Assembly: GCF_000150275.1 (NCBI RefSeq)
Contig: NW_002060964.1
Coordinates: 549,643 to 613,642 of the forward strand
Length of the DNA stretch: 64,000 nucleotides
Direction of reading: 5' to 3'
Source: Trichoplax adhaerens
Taxonomy: Eukaryota; Animalia; Placozoa
The translations under genes were made by a program, and so were the position numbers. Below are positions 1 through 14,402 of the stretch, piece after piece (positions within the stretch are counted from its first letter, which is position 1; each line of letters starts with the position of its first letter). The notes beneath the pieces were generated by a model. The model searched no databases. It saw only the letters and a program-made list of their open reading frames with translations, and had not been told where the DNA came from.

Positions 1-1924
1 TCCGAAGGATATGTGCAAACTATTTGATTTATGTTCAAAAAGTCTAACGGAAAATGAGTTGAAAAATCGATTAGCTCCTAGTATCATCAAGCATGCACTT
101 AGTGGTCATGACAAGATTCGAGATAACATAGCTCCTGTTAAGGCCAAAGACTTAGAATTTAAGAATAGAATTAATAATATTTTGTCTCCAGGCGCGGTTA
201 GAAATATCAACTTACATAGCAATTTAGGAAAAGCAAAAACTGAAGACGCTGTAAGATACTGTTTAATTAAACAACAATTTTCTATATTCCATATTGTTAC
301 ATTTTCGACAGGGAGATTCAGTTCTATTAATAATCGTCATGATTCCACTCTGTTTTTAATCTTAGACTTCTTTAAGATGTGTAGTTTGTTCTTTTATTGC
401 TGGCACAATCGATTCTGTGCTGGGAAATAAAGACATAGAGGTAAATTGCAATAGATATACTAACTTCTTCCGATTGCCTTTGGTTAATATTGATAATCAA
501 ATAAGGATAGTAAACTTAATTCATTATAATTAGTAGCCATAAACTGGAGGTATTAAACAATGCTATGATCAATTACCTGTAAGCCAATTTTACTATCTTA
601 AAGTATAAGTTTACTTTGATCATTATAGTACAGCGTTATGCATGAAATCGATCACTTTTGCACCTATATGCCTTTCGATATGAGTAAAGAGGTAAGATAT
701 TACCTAATTAACTACTGCATAAAAAATTGCTTATAAAGATTAAAAATTCTCTGCCCAGCTGATCGATTATACTTGCGTTTATCGCTATACTTATTACATT
801 TTTTCAGTGCTACAGCCTTGTCAACAAATTTGAACCTCCAATTTTGCAAGCATTATTACAGTATTTATCAGCTAAGGATGTTTGTTCTTATTACGTTCAT
901 GCTTGTTCCCAATCCAAGCTCGATCGTGATACCACCGGTAAGTACCTATCATCTCAAAGATACGTTTTTTAGTATTTTTGAAAATTGAAACGATCTACGT
1001 TTTGCAATATAAAAGTTATAAAGCACAAAAACTTAACATTGACAGGATTTAATTTCATACTGACACGATATACTAGGAATGCGAATTATCGCTCCAACTC
1101 AGCTTGCATCTGGCTATTGCGTGTTCTGTGAAATAGCTGTTCGAATTATAGAAAAACTTCTTACAATAAATAAAAGTGAGGTTAGAATTTGATCTGATTG
1201 AAAAGATTAATGGTCGAAATAGCAGTAAACATAACACATTGAATGCAATGGCTAGAGATATTCACGATCATTATACCAATATAAAACGACAATCTATATT
1301 TCTTTGTAAACCAGAGGTATATTATCGGATTTTGGAATAAAATGTGCTATATAGTAGTTCCTACTGGAATTTTACGATATGAAGTAAGTTAGATCCAAGT
1401 CATCGTAGATTTCATAGTAGTCGAATGTTTCATGATTGACTTCAATTATTAACCAACAATCATAAATTTTAGTGCCAGTCACTTCTAGGAAAACTTGAGA
1501 TGATTATTCACCAACTTAACAATAATATTGCTCCATCTAAAGTCTGCCAGGTATAAGCTATCCCTACTTAATCAATATCTCTCCAATTGCTCTACGCATC
1601 AAACAGCAATCTCTGCAGCTCTCTGTTTGATTTTAATTTATGCTTAGTTAATGCGTGCATGTGAAAAGTCTGCAATGGCTCCAAAGAAGTTGGATTTATG
1701 TCGTTTTGGGCCTAAGTTTTGGTGCAGCAGCGATGTAACAGCTTCCATGTGCAAGGTAAAAAAAATTATGATACTTTAGCGACTAAACTTGATCTTTCTG
1801 AAATACTAGATAAACAGCTAAAAGTAATTAACTATTATGATCATACGTAACCAAAAAGTAAAAATATGAAAATTAACAATTGCAGAAACAACATTACTGC
1901 CGAATGGAATATAACGTTAACTAA
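1..1924 (+). CDS. Prosaposin/SP-B-like gene, copy 1 (5'-truncated by window edge; end of SapB1-linker-SapB2-SapB3-SapA)
   Basis: Hand-spliced GT-AG exons at approx. 1-250, 366-440, 630-691, 808-937, 1077-1180, 1315-1383, 1473-1550, 1648-1755, 1886-1924. They give saposin-B Cys patterns (CVVCSF..C..C..C..C; CVFCEI..NKSE..) and a C-terminal SapA (LCRFGPKFWCSSDVTASMCKKQHYC). Confidence 0.9.
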
Positions 1925-4900
1925 AATATCATTTCTACCTGTGATGAATAAGGTCTCCATTTTGGGGCCTATTATTTCAGTATATGTAATATCTAACTTA
2001 AAACGCTAGCTTGCATGGGTTAAAGTATTTCAATATTATTGGTATAATATCAAGAATGTAACCCAATGTTGTAGCTGCAGTAAAATTTCAAGATTACGCT
2101 TTAAAATTAGAGTCTTCCTTGATTTCAACACCATTATAACATCGCTGTTTATCTTTGCTTAGAATAATCAAAATTTTAACCTACTCGTCAACTGATTTAT
2201 TCATATCCAAATATTATTTTTTGGCCATAATGGAATAAAATACGTTTTAGTTTAGCAACACATTATTTTGCCTTCATTATTCATAATATATAATATGATA
2301 TTTAATCAAGAAATAGTACTAATAAGCTAGACTAATTATGCAGCATATAAAATAAAGTACCATACGTGTCTATAACTATCTACTGTAAACTAGCTATGTA
2401 CTGTACGGATATTTCTGCTCGACTGTAAATAAAGTAAGCTGTTACAACTGCAATTCGCCAACTGCTAATAAATTTAGCTAAATCTACGTCCTCAACAATT
2501 GTAGTCATAGTTCATCCATATTTCCATATTCGCTACCTAATTACTCAAACTTACACTTAACGCCATTGCGGGTATCAATTTTAGCCAAGATGGCTATGTA
2601 AGTAAAGCCAATAATTAAAAATAAAGTCAAAAAATCAATTGGATCCTAATCGTCAAGCTATTGAAGATTTAAGTAGATTTTGACGATAAAATTCTAATAA
2701 GAAGAATAAATGAATTTATTTAAACATTGCCAATGTAGTAGCAATGGAGATGCTCTTGTTTAAAATGTCCTATAAGAAATATTTCAATCTAGCAAAATAA
2801 GCCAAATAGTAGTATCTAAAAGCTGATTTTTACTGCTGGAATGCTCTACTATAATAAAGCACAAGATTATTTCGTGCTACTAGGCTAGCATTGAAAGAAT
2901 AAATGCGCATTGATTAATGATAAAACGACATTTATCATATGACAGTCAAACTGATATATTAATCCGATAGCTTAAATATATAATATCGTTTTCCATCCAC
3001 TTGACTACTTAAATGTACTCGTATTTTAACAAATGGAATTACCTGCAATCCAATGTTGTTTCACCTCTGATCTTAATTTAGTATTTATGCCTGTGGCATT
3101 AAACATGCGGTTACATCGATTAATTATAACAAACAAGTAATATTACATTAATAATAGAATAGTTGATACTGAATTTATGGTTTTCATCAAACAACACTAA
3201 CGATATAGAGGTTACAGCCAATGTTCGTATGGAAAGCGCAGGTTAGCAAAAGCATGTTTACGAATACGACACTGAACGATTACTTTATGAATGATAAAAA
3301 ATCTATAGCTCTAAATCTGCCATAGAAATCCTGACTATTGACCACTTAAGTGTGCTCGTATTTTACTAAATGGAATGGTCTGTAATCCAACGATTGTTAC
3401 TTGATTTCACTTTAAATAAGAGAGGCGAGATCTGCTTAAGCTTATACCGTGAAAGTGTCACTGCATTATTCACGAAATCGATCGATCCTTGTGTCTAAAC
3501 TTTGTAGGAAAGAAGTAAATTATTTTACTTTCAATCAATTGCAAATATTTAAAGAAGTTTAAGGTATAGTTGATTACTTATTAAGGAACTTTTAATATCC
3601 ATGACGACGACGTCAATTTATCAAATAATATCTGGATGTCTAGTCTATTTAAAAATATAAATCAGTATTTTAGATACTGATATCTAACTTTTCCTAGGAA
3701 TATTCTGACACAGACGGCTCAAGTAAACCATTCTCTAGGATATCATAATCCTCAATACCTAATCTATAGAGTATAGGTAGGGCTTATTCTTATTATCGTA
3801 GCAGTAGGCTAACATGGACGTATGGATAGCTTAATAATCTAGCCTTTGCTGGCGTAAGAATTCTCAATGCAAAGCAAATTGTGAACAAATGGGATTCTAG
3901 GCATAATTTTCTGTATCTTGGTAATGAGATCTAGAGACAATTCAATAATCTAATCTTGAAAGCTATGACAATCCTCTATGTGGGCAAATTGTGAATCAAC
4001 AGCATTCTGGACATAATTTTAATATCATCGTAATGATATCTAAGGATTGTTTAATAATCTAATCTGAAAAGATATGATAACCCTCAATGTAGACACATTG
4101 AGGATAAATAAGATTCTAAGCGTAATCTACAACATCCTAATAATTGATTGCTATTTTCACATATACGTTTTTGTACGATAAAAGCAATTTCTACTGATAT
4201 ACGAGTTAAAGTAGCAAATTGGTCGTTTGAAAGTTTGGATATATCCGGATGATTCTAATAAAATTAATTCATACTGTACGGGAATTAAAACAAACTTGAA
4301 ATACTGTTTGAGTTTGCTCAAAAAGTTCATCATTATCCTCATCAATTGTCCACTTTTAGATCTGTCGAATTTTTACAGCCTTATGTTGAGCTTAAGCATC
4401 ACTGTGCAAATGATAGACGTGCAATTCACAATCTTTACATTAAAACTGCTTAAATCGAAAGATCGTTGCACGGTAATAAAATACTGTATGGGATGCTTGT
4501 AGGCTTAATCATTGGCCACGGTTCTTATACTCATTACTGTCCTTGAATTGATAAATTATTAAATGATGGACACTGAATGCTACAGGCTTATTCATGAAAA
4601 TGAAATTTAACTCATACTGGTTATCACTACAATACGTTAAAGCATCTTCAGAATAGGATAACAAAGACTATATTTTCATATAGAACTAAGCTTTGCTACA
4701 TAAAATTGGTTCATCTGTCTTATGTCAGTCTTGCCTTGTCTTCAAAATCACAAGATCAGAGCTAAATTTACTATCATTCGGCCTATTTATGATTAGCGCT
4801 TCAAATTAGAACATCTTAGTCTATTCTATTTGTACTAAATTATTTTAATTCTTTCTTTATGATACTGCATTTTTTTTACTTAGCATAATCCAGTAATCTA

Positions 4901-5917
4901 TCAAGCCCTAATACGCGTAGTTGCTACATAACGAAATTAATAACGTGAAAAGCTAAAACTTCAGCAACAAATTTAGATATTACTGAATCAGGAAGAACAG
5001 CCGCTAGATTCACTTAGACAACAAACCCAATTCCAAGCCTTTAATTGAAAGCAATAACCAACTTAGAGAACGATTACGATAATATCTGCTATCAGTGCTT
5101 TGATAATATTGTAAAGCGATACAGTAATATATTAAAAGTATGCAAAACGTCGGCAATAAATTATTATTGATACATTCCCTGCAAAGTGATCTTTTCAAAA
5201 CAAAATTTCTATTCACATGCAAATCGCATTGGGAATGAAAAAATAGAAATGCTAAAGTCCGATCAATAATGTAACACCATTCCATCAGTATCGTGAAACT
5301 TTGTAAACATGAACTGGCTTTCTCCTTCTTCACCTACGGTAACGCCTATTAATTAAAAGTTCGATATGCAGCCTTTGTTACAATAGTTGCCAAGGACTAA
5401 CATGCGGTACTTTCTGATTTCGTTACTTTCAATCTGCAATGGATGATAACCAGTGATGCGCAATCACTACAGACCGATAGGAAACCTTTAAGTAAACACA
5501 TTAAAACACATAGATAGGTGGAAATTAGTCGTAGAATGCAAACTAATCTATACAATAAATATACTGGTAACCAATCCAGTAAACAAACAGCAAGAATAAA
5601 CAATCAACATTGTGCTTATACCTTCATTGATTCGTTGATAGCTCAGCAGGATATGGCTAAAGTATTCACCTGAATTGTCACTCGTAATAATGATAAATTG
5701 TCAGCATTCACAATAATTCCTGGTGAAAATACTTTGAGCCCATTGGCTGACTACGACAGAAAAATAAATTGATGTTGAAAGTCAGCATTCACATGATGTC
5801 AAGAGACGAACTTTATAAGATATCACAATAAGCAAATAATTACCAGTAATTCCATCCCTTTCATAACAGAACGTTTGGACCAGAATTGCATCTCGAAAGT
5901 TACACGAAAAATAGATC

Positions 5918-8900
5918 ATGGCGTCCAAATTGCTTACGGTCTTCTTCATCGTAGGTAAAGAAACATATTTCTGGTCCGATTCGACGGAAAAACATGCAGA
6001 TATCTTTATCTTATACAATGTCTTTAATATTGATGATTCTACTTAGACCTTGTCTCTATTTTTCTCAGTTTAACATTAGCAAATAGATGGATAAAATCTT
6101 CTTTCAAAACCATCTTTTAAAATCATTTTGCTTTTTCTAATTCTTCCAGCTTGCGTTTCCCACTTAATCTATGGAGAGAATGTTCCATTTGGTAGCGAAT
6201 CTTGCACTCAGGGTCCATCGTACTGGTGCCAATCGTTTGAAACAGCTGCTAAATGCGGTACAAGTTACCTGTGTATGGTACATGCATGGAGCAAAAATCA
6301 GGTAAGAAATGAAATTCAATCAATAGGAGGAATAAAAGTTCTATTTCTTAAATTGATCTATAGTAGATACAAACAAGATGGTACGTAGATCTGCAGTCTT
6401 TGGTGATATTATTTAAAATAAATAGTATAATCATTTAGTTAATTAAGCTGTATGAATAAGATGATTGCCTAGTTATACTCTCTGTATCACAAATTATAAA
6501 AACCAGCAAACAAACTAAGATAGGAAGTTCATTAGCGATCTAGGGTAATATATATCGATGGTCTTTAGTGATATTAGTTAAAATCATTATTCAATTAACT
6601 AAACTGTATGAGCGAAGCGAATACTTAATTATACTCTCTAAATGTCACTAATGACTGTACAAACCAGTAAATAACTGATAAGAATATTAATTAACGATCT
6701 AGAGATTATAAACTCGTATAATTAAGCATTCAAGAGATCCTTTGATACCCAATTTTTATATTGATCGTATCTATGAGCAAGTTTTCTAATTTTTGTACCA
6801 CAAGCTAGTTAAATTAGATCCAAGAAACATTGCCGAAAAATGTCTAAAATTTATTCTACTTGAATCACATGAGATCTATACAAGATTCGAGATTGATAAT
6901 GTATGTAGTCGCTAAAATTAAATAGAGTTTATTAAAAATAGACATATTTTACTAACGAGGGAGCTAATTTACCCATTTGTAATGGCCAGTATACTTTATT
7001 ATCTCAAATTCTGATTTTGATTCTAAAAATTATAGCATCGACTTTCTTTTTGTCAAATATGGGATTAATTAACGTACCCCTAGTATTCAACTAAATTCAA
7101 AGTGATTGCTACAAATGGAAAATTATATCCAAGGCCTAAATAGTATGATTTGTATACGTTCTAAGGCTTCCCTTAAATGTACTATATTAAAATTTAAAGA
7201 TTTCCATATTTTACTAAAAAAGAAAGCTAATTGATTTATTTATTTAAAAAATTCTAGAATGTTGTATCACCTGCGATATTCTTGCTTAATTACTATCAAT
7301 TATAACATCAATTTCCTTTCTTCTAAGCATCTGATTCATTATTAGTGCATACCTCTTAATCTAGCTTGATTGCCACAAATCGAAATTACTTTCATGGCCT
7401 ATATACTGTGTTGTCTGTTTATTACATAATCCATCTGCTATATTATATTATTATGGCTTTGATAGGCCATTAACGAAGGCATAGCTAGAATCGAAGAAAA
7501 GTTTAGCATACAGTTATTGCAGTATCCTATACGAGTATAATTAATTGCTTGATGTTCTCATAGTTTTTCTTTCTCGTACTGAAGTATTGGATTATCGACT
7601 TCATTAATAGTATAGTATAGCCTGCTTTAAGAGTGTAATCTTGAATCGTAACAATTATATTTGACAATCTCAAGTAGTATTTGCAGCACTTATTTAACTT
7701 AAAGTACTTTAACCAGTTCATGCTCTAGTGATTTACTTTACGACAATTATTCGTCTTTATCGCTAGAATGGAGTTTCCGATGATGTTTTCTGCAGTGTAT
7801 GTGAAAAAATGGTCGGTGACTACCTCCATTCAGCCAAATTTAAGGTTTCTCTACTTGTTTTTTACAATGCCTAATATATTTACATACTTAAAATAAGAAG
7901 AAAAAGAAAAGGCTTCGCAAATTATTGATTCTAACTGATTTGATCTCTTAATTTTATACCTTTTGCAGAAAAATTTGAATGAATTCATGGTTAAGTTTTG
8001 CAATAAGCAACCTAAACTTCTACATTCAGTGGTATGGCACAAAAATAATGAATGAATTAAAATTACATCCTGACAGTAGATGCATGTTGTCATTAATAAT
8101 AAAGATGATTAATATTGAAGATTTTTCAATATTTTTCTTGGTAGTGCAAGCATCTTGCTATTCATAACCTGGTCCCATTTATAATCCATGAAATCAATAA
8201 AATGGTAAGTTCTTAGTACACATTGATCGAAATTAGTAACTAATTAACTTGATAGACCCATTTTAGGTATTAATATTTTTATTCAGGTAAATTAAACTTT
8301 ACAAATCAACATAATAGTATTACCACTAATGTATTACAAGTTCCTAAATTGATGCGAGGTATAGACGGCAGGCTATTTGTTGTTGACGAATAAATTAGAA
8401 CTTATAAAATTGAATTTTTATATTAATAATAGACTCCGAAGGACTTTTGCAAACTATTTAATTTATGTTCGAAAAGTTTGACGGAAGATGAATTGAAAAG
8501 CAAACTAACTGCTAATATCATGAAGCATACCTTAATTGGTAGCAAGATCTGGGATGACTTAGCTTCTGGAGATGGTAAAGACTTGGAATTTTGGGATAAA
8601 ATCATGAAGACATTATTTCCTGGAGCTGTTAAAAATACCGACTCGCATAGCAGTTTGGGAAATGTAAAAGCTGGAAGCACTGTAAGATGTCGTTTAAATT
8701 GAGAACAATTTCACATATCCCATATTGCTATTTATTCTCCAGAGATATTCAGTAGTATTAATAACGTCATAATTCCAGCATATTATTTATACTTTCAGAA
8801 TTCTACAGCCTGTATAGTTTGTTCTTTTGCTGTTGGAGTAATCGATTCTATGCTTAGACAAAAAAGTGCAGAGGTAAATTGCAATAGACTTACTTATTTC

Positions 8901-10335
8901 TTGCCATTGCCTTCGAACAATGTTGATAATCAATTAAGTAGAGTAATCCTAATTCATCAGCAGCTGTAAACAGAATATATCCACTGATGATATAACCCAT
9001 TACCCTTACGCTTAAATTACTGTCTTAAAGTTTTAGCTTATTTCAATCATTTATAGAATACCGTTACTCATGAAATTGATCACTTCTGCACCTACATGCC
9101 TTCCGATACGAGTAAAGAGGTAAGATACCATCCATAATAATAAATTATTTATACGTATAAAAATTAGAAATTCCTTGCCCTGTTGATTGATTGTAATTAT
9201 ATTTATCTTATATTAATTCCATTTTGCAGTGCCAAAGTTTTGCTAATCAGTATGGACCCCCAATTTTACAAGCATTATTACAGCATGTATCACCAAAGAA
9301 AGTTTGTGCCTACTACCTTCGTGCTTGTCCGCAGTCCAAGCTTGATCATGGTACCTCGGGTAAGTACCCTCATTGCTATCTTCGTCAACTTATTTTTCTG
9401 TACTTTTGAAAACTGGAACTTTCCATATTTTGCAATATGAACGTCCGTAATTCTAACCTTACCAGTATCTAATTTCATGCTTATGTGATGTACTAGGAAT
9501 GCAAACTGTCGCTCCAACCCAGCTTACATCTGGCTATTGCGTGTTCTGTGAAGTAGCAGTTCGAGTTGTAGAAGAACTTCATAAAATAAATAAAACCAAG
9601 GTTAGAATGTGCTCTAATTGAACAGATTAGTAGTCAAAATAATAGTAAAATAACACATTAAATATAACGGATAGAATTATTCACGTTCATAATAATAATA
9701 CAAAATGATAATCCGCATTTCTTCACAAACTAGAAATACATTTTTGGATTTTGGAATAAAGTATGCGATACCGTAGGTTCTAAAGGAACTTTCGGATATG
9801 AAGTAAGTTATAACCAATTAAAGCCTAGGTTTCATAGTAGTCGAAAGGCTCATAATTAGGTTCTATTATTGGCCAATATTAATAAATTTTAGTGCCGACT
9901 CATTTTACAAAAACTTGAGAAGATTACTCACCTGATCAAAAATAAAATTACTGCTCCTTCTCATATTTGTCAGGTATAAGTTTTCCCTACTTAATCAGTA
10001 TTTCTCAATCTGCACTACTGCATCAAATAGCAATCTCTGTAGCTCTCTATTTAATTTCCAATTGTATTTAGATAATGCATGCATGTAGAAAGTCTGCAAT
10101 GGCTCCAATGAAGATGGATGTGTGTCGCTTCGGACCTAGATTTTGGTGCAGCAGTGATGTAGCTGCTTCTATGTGCAAGGTAAAAAAATAATATATTTAA
10201 ATGACTAAATTTGGTCTTTCTGAAACGTTGGACAATACTACTAAAAGCAATAAACTTTTTATCATCTTACTAAAAATATTAAACTAACAATGGTAGAAAC
10301 AGCATTACTGCCGAACGGAATATAACGCCAACTAA
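5918..10335 (+). CDS. Prosaposin/SP-B-like gene, copy 2 (SP-SapA-3xSapB-SapA)
   Basis: Exon 1 5918-5954 encodes the signal peptide MASKLLTVFFIV. Exon 2 6150-6301 encodes SapA (CTQGPSYWCQSFETAAKCGTSYLCMVHAW). SapB1 exons at about 7767-7844, 7969-8031, 8145-8204, 8433-8681. Later exons are colinear with copy 1, ending KQHYCRTEYNAN* at 10335. Confidence 0.92.
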
Positions 10336-13300
10336 AAATGCCTTATCTACCTGTGGTGAATTAAATCTCCATTTTTACGCTTTTTATTTTAGCATACGCA
10401 ATATTGAACTCATAATACTAGCTTGTACTAGGTCAAGTAGTTCAACATAATTAGTTTGATATCAAGGATGTAACCCAATATCATAAATAAAGTCATATTT
10501 CAAAATTAGACTTTAAAGTTAGAATTATCCTAGAGTTAAAAGCCAATATGTAGCCATTTGTTTGTCTTTGTTTAGATCAACAAAAATGTTTTCCTACTCG
10601 TCTGGCGATTTATTCTTTACAATTTTTAATTTTTGGCCATGATGGAATAAAGTAGATTATAGTTTAGCAACGCATTATTTTGCATATATTATTCTTAGTG
10701 GATGCTATGGTATTACATCTAAGAAATATCGCTAATAATTTAGACTGATTATGCAAAATATAAAAGTAAAGCACCATGCGTGTCTTTAACTAGGCCGTCT
10801 ACATCTAATGTGAACATCGAAGAAATATAAGCCGCATTAAAATGGAATTGAACACTACTCCGTTCATTTAAGTAGTAATTTTGTTTATCATTTATTCATT
10901 GATGAAATTAGATATGCAACAGACATACGAGCGTATAACGCAATTTAAGCACAGATGAGCCTAGATAAATCTTCAGGAAAGCTAGCCTGATATAAAATAG
11001 TATTTGAGCATATATCAAATATTTTTCAATACATAAATGTAAATCAAGACTATTGCAATTGACAGACTCTAAAAAAAAATGATTGCAATCATGGCACAAA
11101 TAATAGTTTATCAAAATTAACTTCCTCTGCCAATAGATTTCAAAAATTTTCTAAGGTTATAGAAAAGTAACTCAAAAATGTATATTTCGATAAAACTATC
11201 ATTAAACTATATACCGGTATGTTTTTATATTATATACCAGCTCAGTACATCAATTCTAGTATTGCCAATAACTGCGCATATACGAGTACAATAATTTGTT
11301 ATTCGGCCTTCTAATTTTTTGGGGGCTTGTCTTGGCAATTATTATAGCAAAACGTCTCATTCAGGATGGCTATTGCTGTTTTTCTGTAATATATAGCTAA
11401 TATCTTCTACTGTCTAATGAAGGCTTTAGATTAATTTAGCCTTACTAATTGATAATGTTGTTCGAGTAAATAGCATCAGCAAATTAATATAGTCCAGGGC
11501 AGTGTAATGGCTTACTATATGGAATTGTAGTTTACTCAGTATTAATCAATAGAGTAATGATTGCTTTGCGGCTCATTATGCTTGACGTTGTATCGCAAAA
11601 CTGTGAACTCTGCAGTCTTTCTTGGAAATCAGGACTAATTTCTGTTATAAAAGTGGTTTACAATATGCCTATTGTAGTTGATATCTGGTCTATTACAGTA
11701 TAGTCTAGTAGATAGAGTGCCTTAGCGTATTAAATCCAAACTTTTAGGTTATTGACCTTGCCAATTGCTGATTGCGACATTTCCATATATTTTAGAATAT
11801 ATACGGGCTACATTAAAATAGGCAGTGTAGATAAAGCAGGAGCATAATTAATTGTACTGATAAAGCAAGGATCATTAATAGTTAGCTATAGTAAAGCTAA
11901 TTTTAGAGGGTCCACAATAAATCAGACTAACTGGATTTTCTCGTAAGTCCTGAATTAAGCTTTATTAGAATAAAACCAATCGTAACTGTATTCACATCAA
12001 ATTATTAACAAGTTAACTCCCGATTTACTTAATGCATACGCTAATATATCCTAGCGTATGAACTATTTAGTAATGATAGTAGTATTGCTTCAACACGCTA
12101 AGCACAAGCATTAAATTACCATATTATGCTGGGCACGAGCGACCAATCGAAAAAAATACGAATATATAATAGCCTACTGTAGCGTATATTAGTAATTCCA
12201 TACTTAATTAGGAATTTAACTCAAGCGGTAAACTCACGGCTTTGCATAACGTAAGGCATTTACGATGATTGAAATAACATCTGTCTTATAATGTAATTAA
12301 ATATCCTCACCAAGGACAATCCTGTACCTTTCCATGTATAAATAAATATATATATTACGCTGCGCAGTGAATATTTTAATCCAAACTTTATTGAAAAGCC
12401 TACCAGTTTTTAGTAAACTTTCGTGAATATTAATTAATTATCAGCTGATAGATTATAATATTAAACTGTGTAAGGATCTGTTGAAAACAAACAAGAAGTC
12501 GTAGATGAATTAATATCAATATTTTCGCAGACAGTTGACTTTTGGAAATTATGTTATAGCTGCTAAGCAAAAGTTACTCCATATTCATATATTTAAATAT
12601 TGTGATGTATATTATTCTGAAATTTCTTCAACGCATAATTCCTTTAATATGAGGATCGGTTTGAGGTCCTATCGCTCTATTATGTTTGTGTCTTATGCTA
12701 ATATAGCCTTTATCGTAATCCCTAGTAACGTGGCCAACTGTAGGGAGGGGGCTGGCAAACAATAGTAATGATATTTAATATAATGCAGTACGGTGTGATT
12801 AGTACAGTAGTTAAATCCCTGATTGAATGAAAGGAGAGGAAAAAATATCCTATAATTTTTAGTTATTTACTGCCGTGATGCTGTTGCACAATGTATACGT
12901 ATTAACTTTAAAATACCATATCGGAAAATGAAAAAATCATCAACTTACCATTAGACTGAAAGTATTTCCATTATTAGCAAAACAAAAGTAATTCTAATTT
13001 ATGAGAAATTGCGACGCAGCATAGTGTTTCTTAAGAAACTCTAGTGAGTCAAATTCTAATATTATTAGCTCAACAATTTTTAAGTAAATATGGCCTACGC
13101 ATTGGCTCAATTTTAAGCAAATGAAATGGTACATTTAAAAAGAAAAACCAAGCATCGCATTAACTGTAGATAAAGCAGCAGAAATTAGGCGTGTGTTAGC
13201 CAGCTAAAATCTAATCATAAATGACTGCATTACGTTAACCTTTATGAACTTCATTGGGAAAAAAAACTGTCTCATCAAATTACAATTAAATTAAAATTCA

Positions 13301-14402
13301 TTTAATTGTAAGTATTTTACATTCAATAACAATACAAAGATTTGAACTTATTCATGACTCCAATGGTTGCATAAAGGACACAAATCTATATTGTATTGCA
13401 AGTTATTGTGATATTGATTGATTTATGAGAAATTTCAGAATAAGCGGATAGGGGTTAACCAACCAGTTGCATAAAAGCGATGAATCACTTTACTACCTTG
13501 TCTTCAGATCTCAAGAGCCGTACTAGTCTTCAAAAACAGTGCCATCCATACTCATAAGTTATAACTGATTTATAAGTGAGATGGACTTCAAAAAGTAATC
13601 AACCCTGCATTCGTATTTAGATACGAATATTCTGCTGTTGATTTTATTCATCAAAAATTCAGTATCTGACCGATAAAAGTATAAAATGTAGTAGTACGTC
13701 ATGTGCTAAATGCCTACCAAACGCAAGAAAGGCTATGTTTGTATTCAGATTGAATCTGTAACTGATTTATTCATCAAAGCTTTATTATCTTTTCCAGTAA
13801 ACTGAAAGTATTGACATTGAATAACAATATAAAGTTTAATACTTAATTATACGTTTGATGATGGCCGAAAATTAACAGATTGTATTAATATTTAGAGGTA
13901 TTCTGATGACAATTTATTCATTGGAAATTTAATATCAGTCGATTAATCAGTAACAAGTACAAAAGTTAGTGCTGATTCGAAAATCAGAACCCTGAAAGGC
14001 AAGCAATGGTGCATTTGTATTAAGATTTATTGTGCAATTGATTGGTTCACAGAATGGATCATATCCTAACTGAAAGTATTCGAATTAAAATAACAATGCA
14101 ACATTTACTCTAATTTATGCGTCGAAGAATTTAGAAAAATAAGCAAGCTTGCATTTGTATTTAGATGTTTTCTGATGCAGATTTATTCATCGGAAATTTA
14201 GTGTCAGCTGATCAATAATATCATAAAAATTAAAAATTAATTAGTTCTAATAGGTATATATACATACCTATCCAGTATAAGCAATACTATATTTGTTTTT
14301 AGACAACATATATAAGTTTTTCCTATATATTTAGGGAACAAAGTAACTCAAGCTCAAATCTATCTAAACGGCGAACTACTCAATATTTAAAGTAATTTGA
14401 CA

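Larger units (their letters stand above)
1..10792 (+). repeat. Segmental tandem duplication: 1-2378 is similar to 8435-10792 (saposin copies 1 and 2 including introns and 3' flank)
   Basis: Introns and about 450 bp of 3' flank align by eye. Similarity ends after ..ccatacgtgtctataacta (about 2378) and ..ccatgcgtgtctttaacta (about 10792). Confidence 0.85.

Noticed and set aside
4280-4550. Protein-like + strand stretch (NKLEILFEFAQKVHHYPHQ..)
   Set aside because: Bounded by stops, with no start, clear splice context or recognisable family.
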